From Felis catus (Eukaryota), in the NCBI RefSeq assembly GCF_018350175.1, contig NC_058368.1:201192001-201256000 (forward strand): a DNA stretch of 64,000 nt. Direction: 5' to 3'. The notes below the pieces were generated by a model. That model searched no databases, was not told the DNA's origin, and saw only the letters and a list, made by a program, of their open reading frames with translations. This document shows positions 25,431 through 40,000 of the stretch, piece by piece. How positions within the stretch are numbered: the stretch's first letter is position 1; each line of letters starts with the position of its first letter. The translations under genes and the position numbers were made by a program.

Positions 25431-25808
25431 TACAATGGGATATTACTCAGCCATAAGAAAGAATGAGATCCTGCCATATGCAACAACATAGATGGACCTA
25501 GAAGGTATAATGCTAAGTGAAATAAGTCAGAGAAAGACAAATATAATCATATGATTTCACTCATATGTCGAATTTAAGAAATAAAACAAAGAAAAAAAAA
25601 GAGACAAACCAAAAAATGGACTCTTACATACAGAAACAAACTGGTGTTTTCCAGAGGGGAGTGGTGGTGGCGGGGGGTGGATAAAATAGATAAAGGGGAT
25701 GAAGGGTCCACCTATTGTGATGAACACTGTATAGAATTGTTGAATCACTATATTGTATGCCTGAAACTAATATAACACTGTATGTTAATTATACTTCAAT
25801 TTTTTTAA
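25431..25808 (+). mobile_element. 5'-truncated L1 3' end inserted at the end of the older L1M
   Basis: tacaatgggatattactcagccataagaaagaatgag...ctgaaactaatataacactgtatgttaattatacttc; ttccataataa repeated at 25420-25430 and 25809-25819. Confidence 0.85.
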
Positions 25809-26075
25809 TTCCATAATAAAAAGTAAAAAATACAGAGATTCTTGTTTAATTGGTATGGGACTTAGGTATGAAAGAAAGTGAAAGACTGAGAGGAAGGAGG
25901 AGGGGCAGGAAGAAGAGAAGAGGAAAGAAGGAAAGAAGGACGGGAGAGAGGGAGGGAGGGAGGAAGAGCCACCTGTCTGTGTGATTCTAATGTGTGCACA
26001 GTCTGGGCTAAGAGCCATTTGTCTACCCTCCAGCCATTCCATTACTTCCAGTTACTCATCCATGTCTGTGTTTCT

Positions 26076-26200
26076 CAGTGGTTCTATCAGAATCCACTGG
26101 GATCCATGGCAAACAGGCTGACTCCTGGGCCTCATCCCAGAGGGACTCTGGGGAGATTAAGGCGGGATTTGAGAATATGTGGTTCTGCTGTAAACTCACA
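26076..26200. mobile_element. MER5-like hAT-Charlie relic
   Basis: cagtggttct...atcagaatc...ctcctgggcctcatcccagag...ctgggag resembles MER5 (recalled). Confidence 0.45.
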
Positions 26201-29200
26201 GTGAAAATGCACCCACAGGAGGACTTATTGTTCCCTGTACACAGCCCTCACTCTATCAGCCATGTTTTTGTTTATTTTATTCCTTCCTTCTTCCACCTGA
26301 AATGCCTTCCCCTTATCTTCATCCAATCATATCTGCTCAAAAACCAAGTTCAAAAATCACCTGTGAAGCCTAATCCCTTCAGCTAAAAGGACTCTTCCTC
26401 CTGGAACCAATTTTTTTGCCTTTTCACAAGTTTATATCTATTTATATATAATATTTCAGCTCCCGTACTCAACAATAAGCTGCCTTATGTCAAAAGGCCT
26501 TTTTTACCTATCTTTGTAATTTTGCAGAATTTAGACATAGTCAAGAGTTCAATAAACCTCGGCTAAATCAATGAAGCAATGAAAACATAACAGTTGATCA
26601 TGTCCAGAATACTCACCCAGTAGGCTCTTAAGGACTGGTTAACTTCCCCATTCACCTTCAACATGCAAAGAAACACTTCTCTAGGAAAGGCGGTACTGGA
26701 AGGAAGGCAGTTCAAGATAAATGACTATCAGCATTTCTCAAGAATCAGCCAAATAAGCTATGAAATCTTAACTACTATCTAAATCAAAATGCCATGCTTA
26801 CCAGTTTTACAAGCTAACGAAATTGGCTTAAAGAAAAATATTCCAAAGTACTATTTTACATATAGCAACCATGTCCAAAAAATGATGAATACCCTAAGAG
26901 GCCATCCATGTTTTATAAAAATGTAAATAAATACGCCTTTACGTATAAATGTGCTTCAGTTTTATGAGTCTTCTAAAGAAAAAGGGTATGTTTTTATAAA
27001 GACCTCTACCTCAAGTTCCTGAAAAAAAACTCTCAAACTTTGGGAAGTTTATCATTATAAATTAATGTATGGCACTCATTGAGTGGCTGCTGTGCTCAGC
27101 CACTTATCTGATTCTCTCACTCTGTCTTCTGTGAGTTAGGATTATCCACAGTTTGTCAAGGAGAACAGTGAGACCTCATAGGGTAGCTGCCCAGGGTCAC
27201 TTAACTGGCAGAAAGAGGATTCAAACCCCCATGTGTTTGACTCTTTCTTGCTACAGATCTTTGTTTTCTTAGATCTTTACTGTCTTTTGAGAGGAAAACC
27301 ACACATGGCCGGGGAAACAGAGTAGGGAAGAGGAGGAAGGGTGGATTAGAGGATGAGAAACAAGATGGAGGCTTTGCCATCAAACAACTCTAGGTTCACA
27401 TCTTACTACCTTCCCTGTATTGAAGCTCTCTGATCTTCAGCTTCGTCTCTTGTAATAACATGGACCATTTGGAGCTGTTATGAGGACTATGTCAGGTGAT
27501 TGCATGAGAATCCGAGCTCAATGAATGGAAAGTATTGGCAAAAAACAACTGGTGTGGTCAACTTTGGTCTCATTTGAACAGGGTGTCCTTGTTGATTTCT
27601 CGTTACTGGGTCATCAGCTAATTTAGTGAAACGAACTGACTCATTTTCCACACTAGACAGATTCCGCTGAAATCTCATGGATACTATCTAATTCGCTGCT
27701 GTTCTTCATGGAGTTTTCTTGTCAAATACCTTAAAGCATCATATATACAAATGAAGAGTGTAATATTCAAAATGCTGCAGATTTTTGTTGAATCCCAAAT
27801 TCATCAGCTAAGCTGCTCTCAACTATTTTACCTCCCATGATCTGTCATATAAGCAGAAGGCTCCACTCTGTGCACAAATCTTGCCCACAGGGATGAGGCC
27901 CTGGAAGGGTCAATACAGTACACCTGTCACAATTAGCCACCGTGGCCTTTCTGCAGCTTGTTTTGCTTTACCCAGGGATAATTAATGATCATTATTTTTT
28001 CCTAGAGCAATCTTTCCTAAAAGGCTCAGACCTAGCAGAAGGGAATGGTCTGGGGAGGACACTGGGACACGTACGATGACATTTTTCCCTGTTTCTCCCT
28101 CCCTAATTAGATTGGCTTTATCCTGAACCAATAGATAGATGTTGACCTCTCAGGATGTCCAAGTTAGGAAAAAATTTATTTTCTGGAATGTGTTTGTACC
28201 ATCCACCCAGAAGGTAAATAAGGAATTTTATGGAGTGGGTCTGAGTCCATGGTTAAATTCTGAGGAGACCCAATACTTAGAGATGCGAATTCTTCTGCCT
28301 TCAAACTGGTGTGAAGGTTGAGCAATTGAGATAATAGTGAAGGGTACTGAGACAGATTGAACACCACTGATGAATTATCTTTTCATTGACCAATTATAGT
28401 CACAGATATTATTAATAGAACAATGTTTATAATCTCTACATTGCTTGTGAGAAACATAAATTGCTAACCAATATGAACAACTCATAATTTGTATACAATC
28501 TTGAGTCCTCAAAACAAATATAGCACCTTCTTATACCTGAATTGAAGAAGAAAGTAATAAAGTTAAGTGTCTATAACTGAGAAATAACTTTATAAATATT
28601 TTGACAGAATGGTACAGATACCCATACTAATGAGTATACATAGTTTTTCTGGAAAATAGTGTGGTTCTCACACCTCTACAATGGCTGAAAATCTCTTGCT
28701 CTCTGGGGGAATACTTCACATACTAATTTATTCTCCCTTTATTCACAGAGAGCTAAAATTGAAAAGGCTGCCCTTTTAATGTAGTACAAACATTTCTTAA
28801 AACTTAAGATCATTTATGTATTTCTAAGAGATATGTTCAGATGTTTACACTTTTAATAATATGGCCATTTTTAACACAAATACAAAAAGTATAAGACATA
28901 AATACAATATTAAAAGTATAATCTTATTGTGGAGCCAGCACTAAAAAAAGATTTTTATTGTTAAAATCTTCTTGAAAGCACTCTGCATTTATGAGATTAG
29001 GCTGTTGTGAAGTCTGTTTTATCTATCCCTGAAATTATTTTGTCAGTCTTTTTAACTATCTAAGTATTTTTTACAGTTAGAATTAAAAACCCAAACCTAT
29101 CATTAGTATTCTTATAAATCCTTAGTAGAAAATCTGTTTACCAAGGAAAAGAAACAGAAAATTTCTTCTTAAGCAGAGGATGCCCTACAACCAGAAACAA

Positions 29201-30593
29201 AGCGTAAATAATGTAAATTACCCATTTTCCAAAATTTTTATTTTCTCTATTACAACGATAGGGAAGACAAATTATAGCCGAATATGAAGGAAAACTTGGT
29301 CATGCTTCCGATACAAGGGATTAAGCTTTCCTCAGGGCTCCTCTATCATTCTACACTGGTTGCTGAGTAGCATTAGCATAATCCTGAATTATTAAGAAAA
29401 TTAGAGGTCAGATTTACTTTACAGGAGAATTCGACCTATCTGAATCAGGACCGAGAGGGTCGTAGCATTCCAGATGTGAGCCTGGTGGTAGGTGTAAAGT
29501 GCACCACATGGAGAGAACGTGCACAGTAAGGAAAAAGACAAATTACCCAGAGCTATTACTGTCATTAGTTCCATCAGCCTGGGAAGCCCTCCCACAGCAT
29601 TTTCAGAGCAGTGTGTGGAGAGGGCCTGGGGCTTATCACATCTCGCAGGGGGTCGTCTTCAGCCGGGCATAGTCACATAGCTTGACATTTCAGTTAAAAA
29701 AAAAAAAAGTCTGGGCCCTCATTCTCCATGCAGGCTTCTGTCTCACAGCTCTACAACCGGTAGCTAAAATAAAGGGAGCCAGCCCGCTGAAGGCTGCAAT
29801 CATTTATCTGATGGCAGAATTGCTAGCCTTTCTAGAGGTGCACACTGTTCTTTCACATAATCAGTTTTAAGCCAGGGACAATAAGCCTCGGCTACTACAG
29901 TGTACTAGAAGCTCCTTTGGGGGTTGTTTCACTAACCTTTTGAATATTTTGCCATAATTAAAAGGTTACGAATCTATGCCACAAGAAATGTGATGAAATA
30001 ATAGAACATACACAATAATGTTAGACGGACTATTGCATTTAGACTGTACAATGGAAACCAATGAGAAGGGCTGAAGGGACCAACTGATGTAACAAAGCCT
30101 TTTTCCCAAGATGTTTTTTTTTTTAATTCTGGAAGTGCACATGGATAATACTTATTATGAGATATTAAGCAAAAAAGCATAAATACAATTTATATTTATA
30201 TATATATTACATATGCAATATATATACACATAATAATCATAACTAGGTAAGAATCTGTACTTTTGGCAAGTTAAATGCAAAAAAGAAATGGGTTGTGCGA
30301 AGGTGGTATGATTCTTTTTTAACTGTCTTTTAATTATTTGTTAAATCCCTTTAATGTTGCATATTCTCATCAGTTAAAAGAAGCCTTAGGAGTATATGTA
30401 TACAAACACTGTCATGAAAGAAATAGGAACAACAGAAAGGAAAACAGATATAAAAATACAAAGCATCCTCTACCCTACCTAAAATCAAGAAAAAGCATAA
30501 AGACTCAGCATCCATGCCAACAGGGAACAAAGAAAAAGATGCACAGAACCAAGTACGTTCATTCAAGAGAATAATACTTTTCTCATACCCTTC

Positions 30594-30630
<37 letters not shown>

Positions 30631-30634
30631 TAAT
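30594..30634. repeat. (AAT)n microsatellite next to a MIR relic (~30695-30790)
   Basis: Direct reading; ggttcagagaagttaagtaacatgcccaaggtca is a MIR core. Confidence 0.85.
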
Positions 30635-32217
30635 ACATGTAAGGTTTATTACATAGCACACATCAAACTAGTCCAAGTCTTTCTTAATTAAACACATGAA
30701 AAAGTGGTTCAGAGAAGTTAAGTAACATGCCCAAGGTCAAAAAGTAAGTATTCATATCCAAGACTGCCTGACTCCATGTCCTTAACCAATAAATTACAGC
30801 ATGCTTCCTCTCTCTCTCCCCCCACCCTATGTCTGCCTCTTTGTCTCTGTCTGTCTCTCTCTCATCATTTTATTAAATTCCAGTCTTCATTCTGAAATAG
30901 TTCTATTTTCTGTTTCTTCCTTGCCCTTAGCCCTTAATAAAGCAATGCAGTTCTCATCTGACTTTGGCAGGTCTGATATTCACTCATACTTTAATGTACA
31001 TACAGTAAATAAACAGAGTGTCTGCTCTGCATTGTGCTGGTTCTGGGGCCACAAAGCTGAAAAAAATAGACTCTGGGCACCCACAGGCAAGTGGGGGATA
31101 CAAGCATGCAAGCAGGCAAATCCAGTCTGTTACGGAAGCACACAGCTGGGGCACATGACCTCGGCTTCTTAAGGAACTGACATCTGAACTGAGAACCTGA
31201 AGGCTGAGTTGGGCTTAGGCAGATGAATGGTGCATCATAGGAAATAATCCTTGTAGAGGGCCAAGGAGGAAGAATCAAAAGAAGACAAAAACAAGACAAA
31301 ACAAATATGGTACATTCCAGAAACGGAAAGTGACCCATAGAGCTGGACTTGGAGTGTAATCATAGCCACAAACACATTGCTATACCTACAAGAGTCTTGC
31401 TTTTTGAAGACCTAAGGGTTTGCTTTTCAAGGAAAAGATTATTTACGATGTCAGAAAGCAACACTTAAAACTTTTAAGGTTTTCCTTGATTGCATGTCAA
31501 CAATAAAAATGGCTTTATGAATAAACACAACAAAATTAAGTGTTCTTATGCAAATTAAAAATACAATTAATTTAAATATAATCTTCTCTATCCACAAATT
31601 CTGAGACATCGGGCAATTCTCTTGACTGGAGGTCACTTTCCTCTTCTGCAAAATGGGATACACTCATCTTACATGTTTGTAGATGAGAAAGAGAAACAAT
31701 ATAAGGCTAGTACCTAGTCTGGTGCCTGGTACATAGAAGACAACCACTAAATGGTAGCTGTAGTAGAGTTTAGAAAGTCAAATGCCCATAAGTCTCATTT
31801 TAGTGACAACAAGGAAGTGCTGTTTTCTCATCGGCCTCACACTTGGCTCCCAATCTTGACTGGTTGTTCAAATATATGATTATTTCACTAAGAGCAAACT
31901 TCAACTAGGGTAATGATTTGAAAACCTTCCTGTCTTTCCCTTATTTCCCATTCATTCATGTTTGATATAAGAATATGTGCTATGGATCAGTGGCTACAGG
32001 TCACAACAGAAGCCTTGATCCATTCAGGATACAGCCTCTGGGGACAATTAGGACATTCCTAAACTAAGAAGAAGGTGTTGCAAAGATCTCATTTACTGCC
32101 TCTGTCATCTAGCCACCCATCTGGCTTATGTGTGGCTTACTACTGCAGTAATTAGTTCAATGCCAAGAGGGTTAGGGACTCTTGTAGAATACCTAACTTC
32201 ATGCATTTATCCTTGGT

Positions 32218-32242
32218 TTTTCCTTCCTTCCTTGTCTTCTTC

Positions 32243-32317
<75 letters not shown>

Positions 32318-32447
32318 TCCTTCTCTTTCCTTCTTTCTTTCCTTCTTTCTTTTCTTTCTTTCTTTCTTTTTCTTCCTTCCTTCCTTCCTTCCTTCCTTCC
32401 TTCCTTCCTTCCTTCCTTGTTTTCTTTCTTCCTTCCTTGTTTCCTTC

Positions 32448-32506
<59 letters not shown>

Positions 32507-32535
32507 TTTTTCTCCTCTCTTTCTTTGTTTTTTTC
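32218..32535. repeat. Compound (TTTC)n/(TTCC)n polypyrimidine tract
   Basis: Direct reading; ~320 bp almost purely C/T. Confidence 0.98.
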
Positions 32536-32916
32536 AATAGTTAAATGCATTATGTCTTACAAAACCAACACTTTCACTTAACTCTACAACTTTCCAAAAC
32601 GTGTTGCTTACATATTCCTGCTAAGCAATAGTGAATGATTTCAGGTTGCCATTCTGATTTAGTGGGTGGTGGGGAAGAAACTTATTCTCATTAAAACTCA
32701 AGTATAAAAATAGATTTATCATTATTAATTTTAAAGAAAATGTTTTTTTTTCTCTCTAGAAGAAAAACAATTTTCTGAAAACAAATGTAGTTTGGGTTAT
32801 TGTGGCATTTTTTCTCATAAAGACAATCAAGACTTTGTCTTTGAAAAAAGACACCTAGTGTTGGGTGACGTCAAATTAATCCAGTTATAAGAGGTAAATT
32901 AGAAACTACATAGGGT

Positions 32917-33137
32917 GGGGTGCCCGGGTAGCTCAGTCGGTTAAGCATCCAACTACGGCTCACATCATGATCTCGCAGTTCATGAGTTCAAGTCCTGCAT
33001 CACGCTCTGTGCTAACAGCTCAGAGCCTGGAGCCTCCTTTGGATTCTGTGTCTCCCTCTCTTTCCCCCTCACATTCTCATGCTCTATCTCTCTCTGTCTC
33101 TCAATAATAAATAAACGTTAAAAAATTAAAAAAAAAA
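32917..33137 (+). mobile_element. CanSINE (last one in the window)
   Basis: ggggtgcccgggtagctcagtcggttaag head; 17-bp TSD agaaactacatagggtg at 32901-32917 and 33138-33154. Confidence 0.94.
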
Positions 33138-34599
33138 AGAAACTACATAGGGTGAACAGAAATGCTAATCTTTTCAGAAAAAAAATTAAAGATTAAATCA
33201 GAAGAAATATCTGGATTCCACAAAGAATAGAATAAGAACCTCTACAGTTACAGGGATGTCTTCACTTATTGCCTTAAGTACTTTAACATAATCCCCAAAT
33301 TAGAGCTCGGGGGGAAAAAAAATGGAATCCTTATCATTCTGAAGGAAAAATAGCATTAAAGAAATCACCATAGGTAAATGTTTTTAAAACTAAGTATTTC
33401 AACTATTCTCACTGAAGTCTTTTGCTGTGTCCACATGCACTTTTCCATACTCTACCTTGGCATTTACCCATCAGGTGAGTGTGTCCTTTCTATTTCTTTT
33501 ATGTTGGCCCTCAAATCAAGTAAGTCTTTTTTTTTCTTCCTTTATGCATGGCTACCTTTACCAAAGATTTTGTATTTTATCCTCTTGTGTACAATCCAAA
33601 GTATTGGGTAGGACATAATCAATCTTGTAAAATTATTTTGAACTACAAACAGTAACTAACCTAATGCGTTTGTGTGTGTTGCCAGATAAGAGTCTTTATC
33701 CCCAATGCGGTTGTAGTACACACAAACCTACAGTTGTATATGCCCTATTATTTTGCACAGAGCAAAGTAAAACTAAGAAAAACTATAAGTTACTGGTAAG
33801 AATCCATTTCGGGAAAGGCAAATTATGCCAAATTTTATCACTGATTTTCTCTTGCCATGGGCGCCTTGGAGATGCAAAACTGTATATCATCTGATTCCCC
33901 AGTGTTTTCAGATTGACAAAGCATCAGCTGGATGATGGATCACAATACAAAATGCAGGAGGATTTTGCTTCTTGCTACCTGAATTTCTGATTTTTTTTTC
34001 TTTACCTCCCGCTATTTTCAAACATGTTGCCTTTTAACAGTCTTTTTAGCTGAGTTTTTAATAGTATGGTAATATAGAACCCAAGGAATATCACCTTTTG
34101 ATGAAACACAGATTTTAGCCTAATGTCAACAAAATTAAGCAAATTGTTAACCTTTCAAACAGTTTTACAACATGCCAATAGACCTTTTTTCTCTTAGACT
34201 TTTGCCTGGTTTCTTATAATTGCTGGATAATTACGTCTCCATACTCACTTTCTTTCGACAGCTTAGTTGTAGCCTCTGGGATTTTAACATCTAATTGGTT
34301 TGTCTGCTTAGACTGTGGATTCTTGAGTCTTCCTGAATTCAGAAAAGTCAGGTGGCCAGAGGGGTTGAAAACATTTTGTAATTCTGTCCTCCAGAGCCTT
34401 TCTAAAAGGGTTCACAGAGGTACCAGACTCTGGTACTTGATCTTCAGTTATTCTTCACAAAGTGGTAACTGGACTCAGTGAATACTTTGGCTATCAGAGT
34501 AGAGCTCTATAGAATCACTGCACTCAATAAATGTCCAATAACAATGGTGAGGAGTTAGATGAACTATATTTAAAGTATTTCGCCCCTAATTCCTCTCCT

Positions 34600-35365
34600 A
34601 AATCTGGCTTCCATCTTTGCCTCTTTATGGTATCCAATGATCTCAATTCAGCCAAGTTCAAAGGCATTTTCTCTGTCCTTATCTTCCTTGATCTTTCTGA
34701 TGTATGGGACACAGCTTTTCATACCTGCCCCTTTGAAGACTTCTGGCTTCAGTTCCTGAGACATTTCTATTGTCTTTTACTTTTCTGATCTCTTCACCTA
34801 TTTCTCACATTTATATGTCTTTTTTTCATATACCTCCCCAGTCACTTTTCTTCCAACAGATCTTTGATAATTACTATATTCCTTATATCCTCTTGCCTTT
34901 TTTGTTTATTCTACACAGATTCCTTTGTTTTCACTAAGTTATAAAGGTGAATAACTTACAGATATCCTCTAACATTGATCCATTTCTTTCTGTACAGAGC
35001 CAGATACATCAAGGGAACATCAAAACTCAAATATGCAGTTTCAGTATAGCGTCAATGCAGTATATACGTATATCATTTTCACTTTTTCAAATGCCCACAA
35101 ATTCTTCAAAAGTTACTTCTTCAGAGAAGTCTTACTTGATCAATCTTCCCTATGCCCTTTATCTGCTTGGTTTTTCCTCATAGTAGCTATCACTACTCTC
35201 ATCAGCATTTATATGTATGTCATTTGAACGCACAAAAATATAGGCTTTCTGAGGGCAAGAACTTTTTGCTTTGTCCACTGCTGTATAGCCAGCACATAGA
35301 ACACTACATGGCACATAATAAGCACTAGATAAATACTTGCGTGGGTTAATGAATAAGTGAGCAAG
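34600..35365 (+). mobile_element. L2 fragments including 3' end
   Basis: gtccttatcttccttgatctttctgatgtatgggacacag (L2 ORF2-like) and gagggcaagaac...tgtccactgctgtatagccagcac...tggcacataataagcactagataaatacttg...aatgaat (L2 tail). Confidence 0.65.
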
Positions 35366-36562
35366 GAAGTGAACACATGCATGTTGTATTCAGAACCTTA
35401 GAGTTATCTTTGATTTTTCACTATCTCAAAGCCCTAGTCTATATTCTCTTGCACGAGGGTAAGGCCAAGCTGATGTAGTAAATGGGCCCAATAGTAATTC
35501 AGTATCTTAAAGAAGATAAACACTCGTTTCTCAATTACAGTTTGAGCTGAATGCTTCAGGTGAGTGGGGAGTTTCACTCACCAAAGTTATTTAGAACATT
35601 AGTTAGTTCCATCATGCTATTCCACTGTACCATAGGGCACTTTCATCATCTGCCAACGAAACCTGGGTTTTCATGAGTTCCAGCTAGTTGGAAGGCAAAA
35701 GAGAATGTAAAGGAAGCACATCCCCAAGGCTAGAATAACCTATGTTATTTCTGCCTAGATTCCATTGGCAAGGATGCGGTCATGTGTGCTCACAACCTGC
35801 CTCCCGCCCCAACATGTAAGAGAACTTGGGATACATGGCCATTCCATATGCTTATGAAGAAAAGGAAAACAAATGCCGATGGACAACAGCCATTCTCCTC
35901 CACATCAGTCAATTTCTCAGAATCTCTCTCAAACCAATGCTTTCCTTTCTCTTCATGCTATCTATAAAAAGGTCCATCCCCTGCCTGAACCACTATGATC
36001 CTGGACTTGCTTTTTTTCTAGCCTCCTGTCTTTCATCTCACAAGCCTATCTCATTCTAACAACCAAATGACTTTTCCAAATTATAACTATTTTTATTTTT
36101 TATTTTTTCAAAGTATAACTATTTGGAATTCCTTGTCTCAGAATGCTGTGGCCAGGAATTCCCACCTACATCAAGTCTGAGTTATTTATTATGGATTTCA
36201 CTGCTCATCATCCTCCACAACTTCACAAGGATAAAGGATAAGAAGATAAAGGGGTCCAGCACGTACTACATACACTAGACCACATTCATAGTTCTGTCTT
36301 TCCTAGAGATTAGAAAGGAGACTTAAATTTTCAGTTATATAACATCACAAGTTTGTTTTTTTTTTTTTTTTGCTTCAAGGCCCTGGGTATAAATGACTTT
36401 CAGATCAGTATTTGATGATGGAACTTGAAAGTCACAAAATAAAACTGTGACCTGGACTTGTGTTAAAAGCAAACCTGTATCACTAGAGCATTAATACAAA
36501 CAATTCAATTCCCTCACACAATAGTGTCTCTACAAGCCTTCTGTAAAAGCTCATTTTTAAGG

Positions 36563-37058
36563 CAGAAGTACTCACCACGTGTTCTGGGGACCCCTGAAGG
36601 GAAACTTTTGGGGAGGTTTAGGAGGTCAAAACTATTTTCATAATAATGCTAAAACATTATTTACCTTTTTACATTCTTCTCTCACAAGTGAACATAGAGT
36701 TTTCCAGAGCCTACATGATGGGAGATAGTGCCACAGATTGAATGACAAAGCAGATATGAGAATTAAGCTCTCTTCGATTAAGCCAGATACTTAAAAGATT
36801 TGTAAAACTAGAAAACTATGCCACCCTATTTACTAAATTTTTGGTTTTGTGACCTATACTTATTTTTCATTAAATTAAAAAGTTATTTATGGTAACATAT
36901 TATTTTAAACGAATATTAAATATTTCAAAATCCTCATTCTAACTTATTATACAGTAAATACGAATAGATATAACTCACATAAACAAAAGCTTTTGGAGAT
37001 CTCAATAATTTTGAAGAGTGTAATGGGGTCATGAAATCAAAAAGTCTGAGAGTCACTG
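36563..37058. mobile_element. Non-autonomous hAT-Charlie DNA transposon (Charlie1b-like)
   Basis: Degenerate TIRs cagaagtactca / tgagagtcactg; 8-bp TSD ttttaagg (36555-36562) / ctttaagg (37059-37066); internal ggtcaaaactattttcataataat and gcagatatgagaat...ttaagccaga recalled from the Charlie1 family. Confidence 0.8.
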
Positions 37059-40000
37059 CTTTAAGGAGATAAATTACAGTTTTGCTAACTCACTGTCTTC
37101 ACCCATGTCAACATTCAGCATCTCCCCTCGATTCCTGGAAGCAAGGAGAGTGGCATCACTGAAAATGTCTATAAAATAGTTTCCATTCTCTGATCTAATG
37201 CGGTCCTCATTGAAGTCATCAAGGACAGAGTATGGCTTCTTTGATGTTCTGCTCTTAAACACATGAAGGAAAGAAGAGGGAATTGAGAATTGTGCTGAGA
37301 AACAGGTACAGAGGTCATTAGGAAAAAGGGTTCTGTGGACTCTCATGCATAACTAATGACTGTAAAGTGCTTTACAGATAGAAAAGTGTCATGTCATGGC
37401 AGAAACAACCACAATGCATCTTTTGCCCTAGGAGCAACTGCCTCCTTTCTTGATATTCCTTATAAAGAATATTTTAAGTCTTCTTAGTCTGCATAGTGAT
37501 TCTGGAAGATTTCAACTTGAATAACCAAAACAATGTTCATGATAAATAACATTCATCATTTATACTGTTGGTCCATCACTCAATTCTGTAATGTTACAGA
37601 TTCTATTCTAATGCTAGCCACTTAGCTTTGCCCCAGAGAAAACTCTATACCTCGGCCAAAGGCTGCCATAATACACATTACAAATGCATACATTTATTCA
37701 CAAGAATGATTTCATAGAGTCAGTCACCACTACAAAATGAAAACAAATAAACAAAGCATCGCTCAAATTCCAGTAAATAATTCAATGAAAACAACTTCCT
37801 ATATGTTGAGTAAGCAGTATATAACCAGCTTTGGTCCTAGGTCTCTCAGTGGTAGAGAAGTTATTGGATTTTCCTGGCAGGAATCTTTCTGAACTATCAG
37901 TTAGCTAAGGGTTACTCCAAAAATTCTAAAAGGTGGGGGGGGGGGGGGGGGAATATTTTCAGGCGGTTAAAAAAAAATAATATATTTGTTTTTAAAGTCA
38001 ATTCTAATCCTAACATTTCATATGCTCATTTGCACCTGGAAGACTAACATTATCTCGGCTTAGATGTGATCAAAACTACTTTTTTAGGTCATCTTGGCCC
38101 TAGCATACTTGCTATAAAGACTTTACTGGGTGAAAAATCTCCAGGCCCTGTTTTGCACACGACACATAAGTACATTTTCCATTAACATTAATGAGACCTA
38201 TGAATCCATTGATGGGATAATAGAACTAAGAGGTGAGGTTTTATTGGTGATATACCATCCTTCATCCCAGTGTTTAACGTCTCATAAATAGGTAGAAATT
38301 TGGCCATGCATAAAATGCAAGAGTGGCTAGTGTCTCTAAAGTTGTAAAGATTTCAAGGATACAACATAGTTTTAAAAGTATGAAATGTACTTTGATACAA
38401 ATACAGAATTCTAAGTAGTGAGCTCTAAAAATATTTCCATGTATTACTGCAAAAAGTGAATGATTTCAGAATTTACTAAGCATTTTCATTCTCCAGAAAC
38501 TGGTCATCTATTTTTCCACATTTAATCATTTTAGACATCAGAATTCATTGTTAGTGGAAACAAATTACTGTATTTTACAAATAAAGTCACTCATCTTGTT
38601 TTATGAATTAGATCCTAAATGCATTTTGGTTGACAGTCTACGTTAATTTCATGTATTTTTTTCTTGAGAACTGATATCCCACAACAAAAGTTTCTGACTA
38701 CTGATATAAAACTTTAAATAACTATCAGGGATACTTTGTGAGTTTAAAATAAGATTTTTCACTATTTGGTCCATAAATATTTTTTCCCTTTGTGGCTTAA
38801 AATATACTGTTTCAAAGTATATATGCTTTATTCGCAAATCTATCTCATTTTTTTTTTGTTTCCTGCTAGTCCTCTCCCAAAACCAAATACGCTTTTTCCT
38901 TTGCTAAAGCTATTTTTGAAAGTAAACCTCCTGTATATAGCAACAACAAGAACAAATTAATAGTTGTTCTCATAAGTAATTATTGAAAATTTTGAGACAG
39001 GAAATGTTTTTACCTAGGTGTGGACATTTTTTAATGAAGGAAAAGAGAACTTACTTAGAATATATAGGCAATTTATGTTATCAAAATGACTGCAGGATAG
39101 AACCTGAATAAGTAACACTTTGCCAATCACACCTTACTATACACTAGACTACTAATCTACAGATAGATATTGAATAACCATGAGAAAAAAGATCAAAGAA
39201 ATATTCATTAAAAAACTAGTAGCAAAAAGGAAAATCTTTCATAGCCCTTAAAATTCATTCCCACCATATTTTACTTTATCATATTCAGTGGCCTGTCTAG
39301 TACTATCTCCATATACCTGCTAAGTTTAACAAGTTTCAAACAACACATTGTATTTGTGACAGGTCAAAATAAACAGCAACCCTTACCCATGAGAACAAGA
39401 CAAGTCAGTGCCTGAGTACAGTTAAGAATTATTTTCTGGAGACAGAATTTTTTTTTTTAACCTCCCTACTGAAATTCCTTGATTTTGTGAAACTTGACTT
39501 TTATCTTTTTTCATCTAGCACACGGTTGTGAGACTGAGCGCAGGCAGGGAAAAGCATGATATGGATTTGTGGTGCCTCCAAAGCTGGGAGATGATGGTGT
39601 TTGTATCACTACCACATTAAGCACATAACCAAATGACTCTCATCCACATTTATGGTTAGTTTTCAAACAGAGGCAGTATTATCTATTCCACACCAATTAC
39701 ATACACATACACAGAATGCTGTTTGCAAACTACAAGAATAGTAAATAACAAGATGTAACTAGAAACCCTGCCTCCCTTTTGAAACAAGAGAAAAATCCCA
39801 TAGGGAAGGATCAAAATTATAATTAATTTAACCTCAATTAATCTAAAGTGGCAAGCCACAAATCCTTGATTGTAAATCCCCAAGCTTGGCTATCTGTCCT
39901 TCCAAAGTTGGCATTTGCAACCAAGCTCTGTCCCAATGGTCCCCCTGCTCCCAAGTGGATGGCAGTGCCAGCCTCTTTGTGGGGGAAGCCAGCTGAGGAT

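Noticed and set aside
32130..32581. KERK- and FLSF-repeat ORFs of 112-136 aa
   Set aside because: Translations of the tetranucleotide tract.
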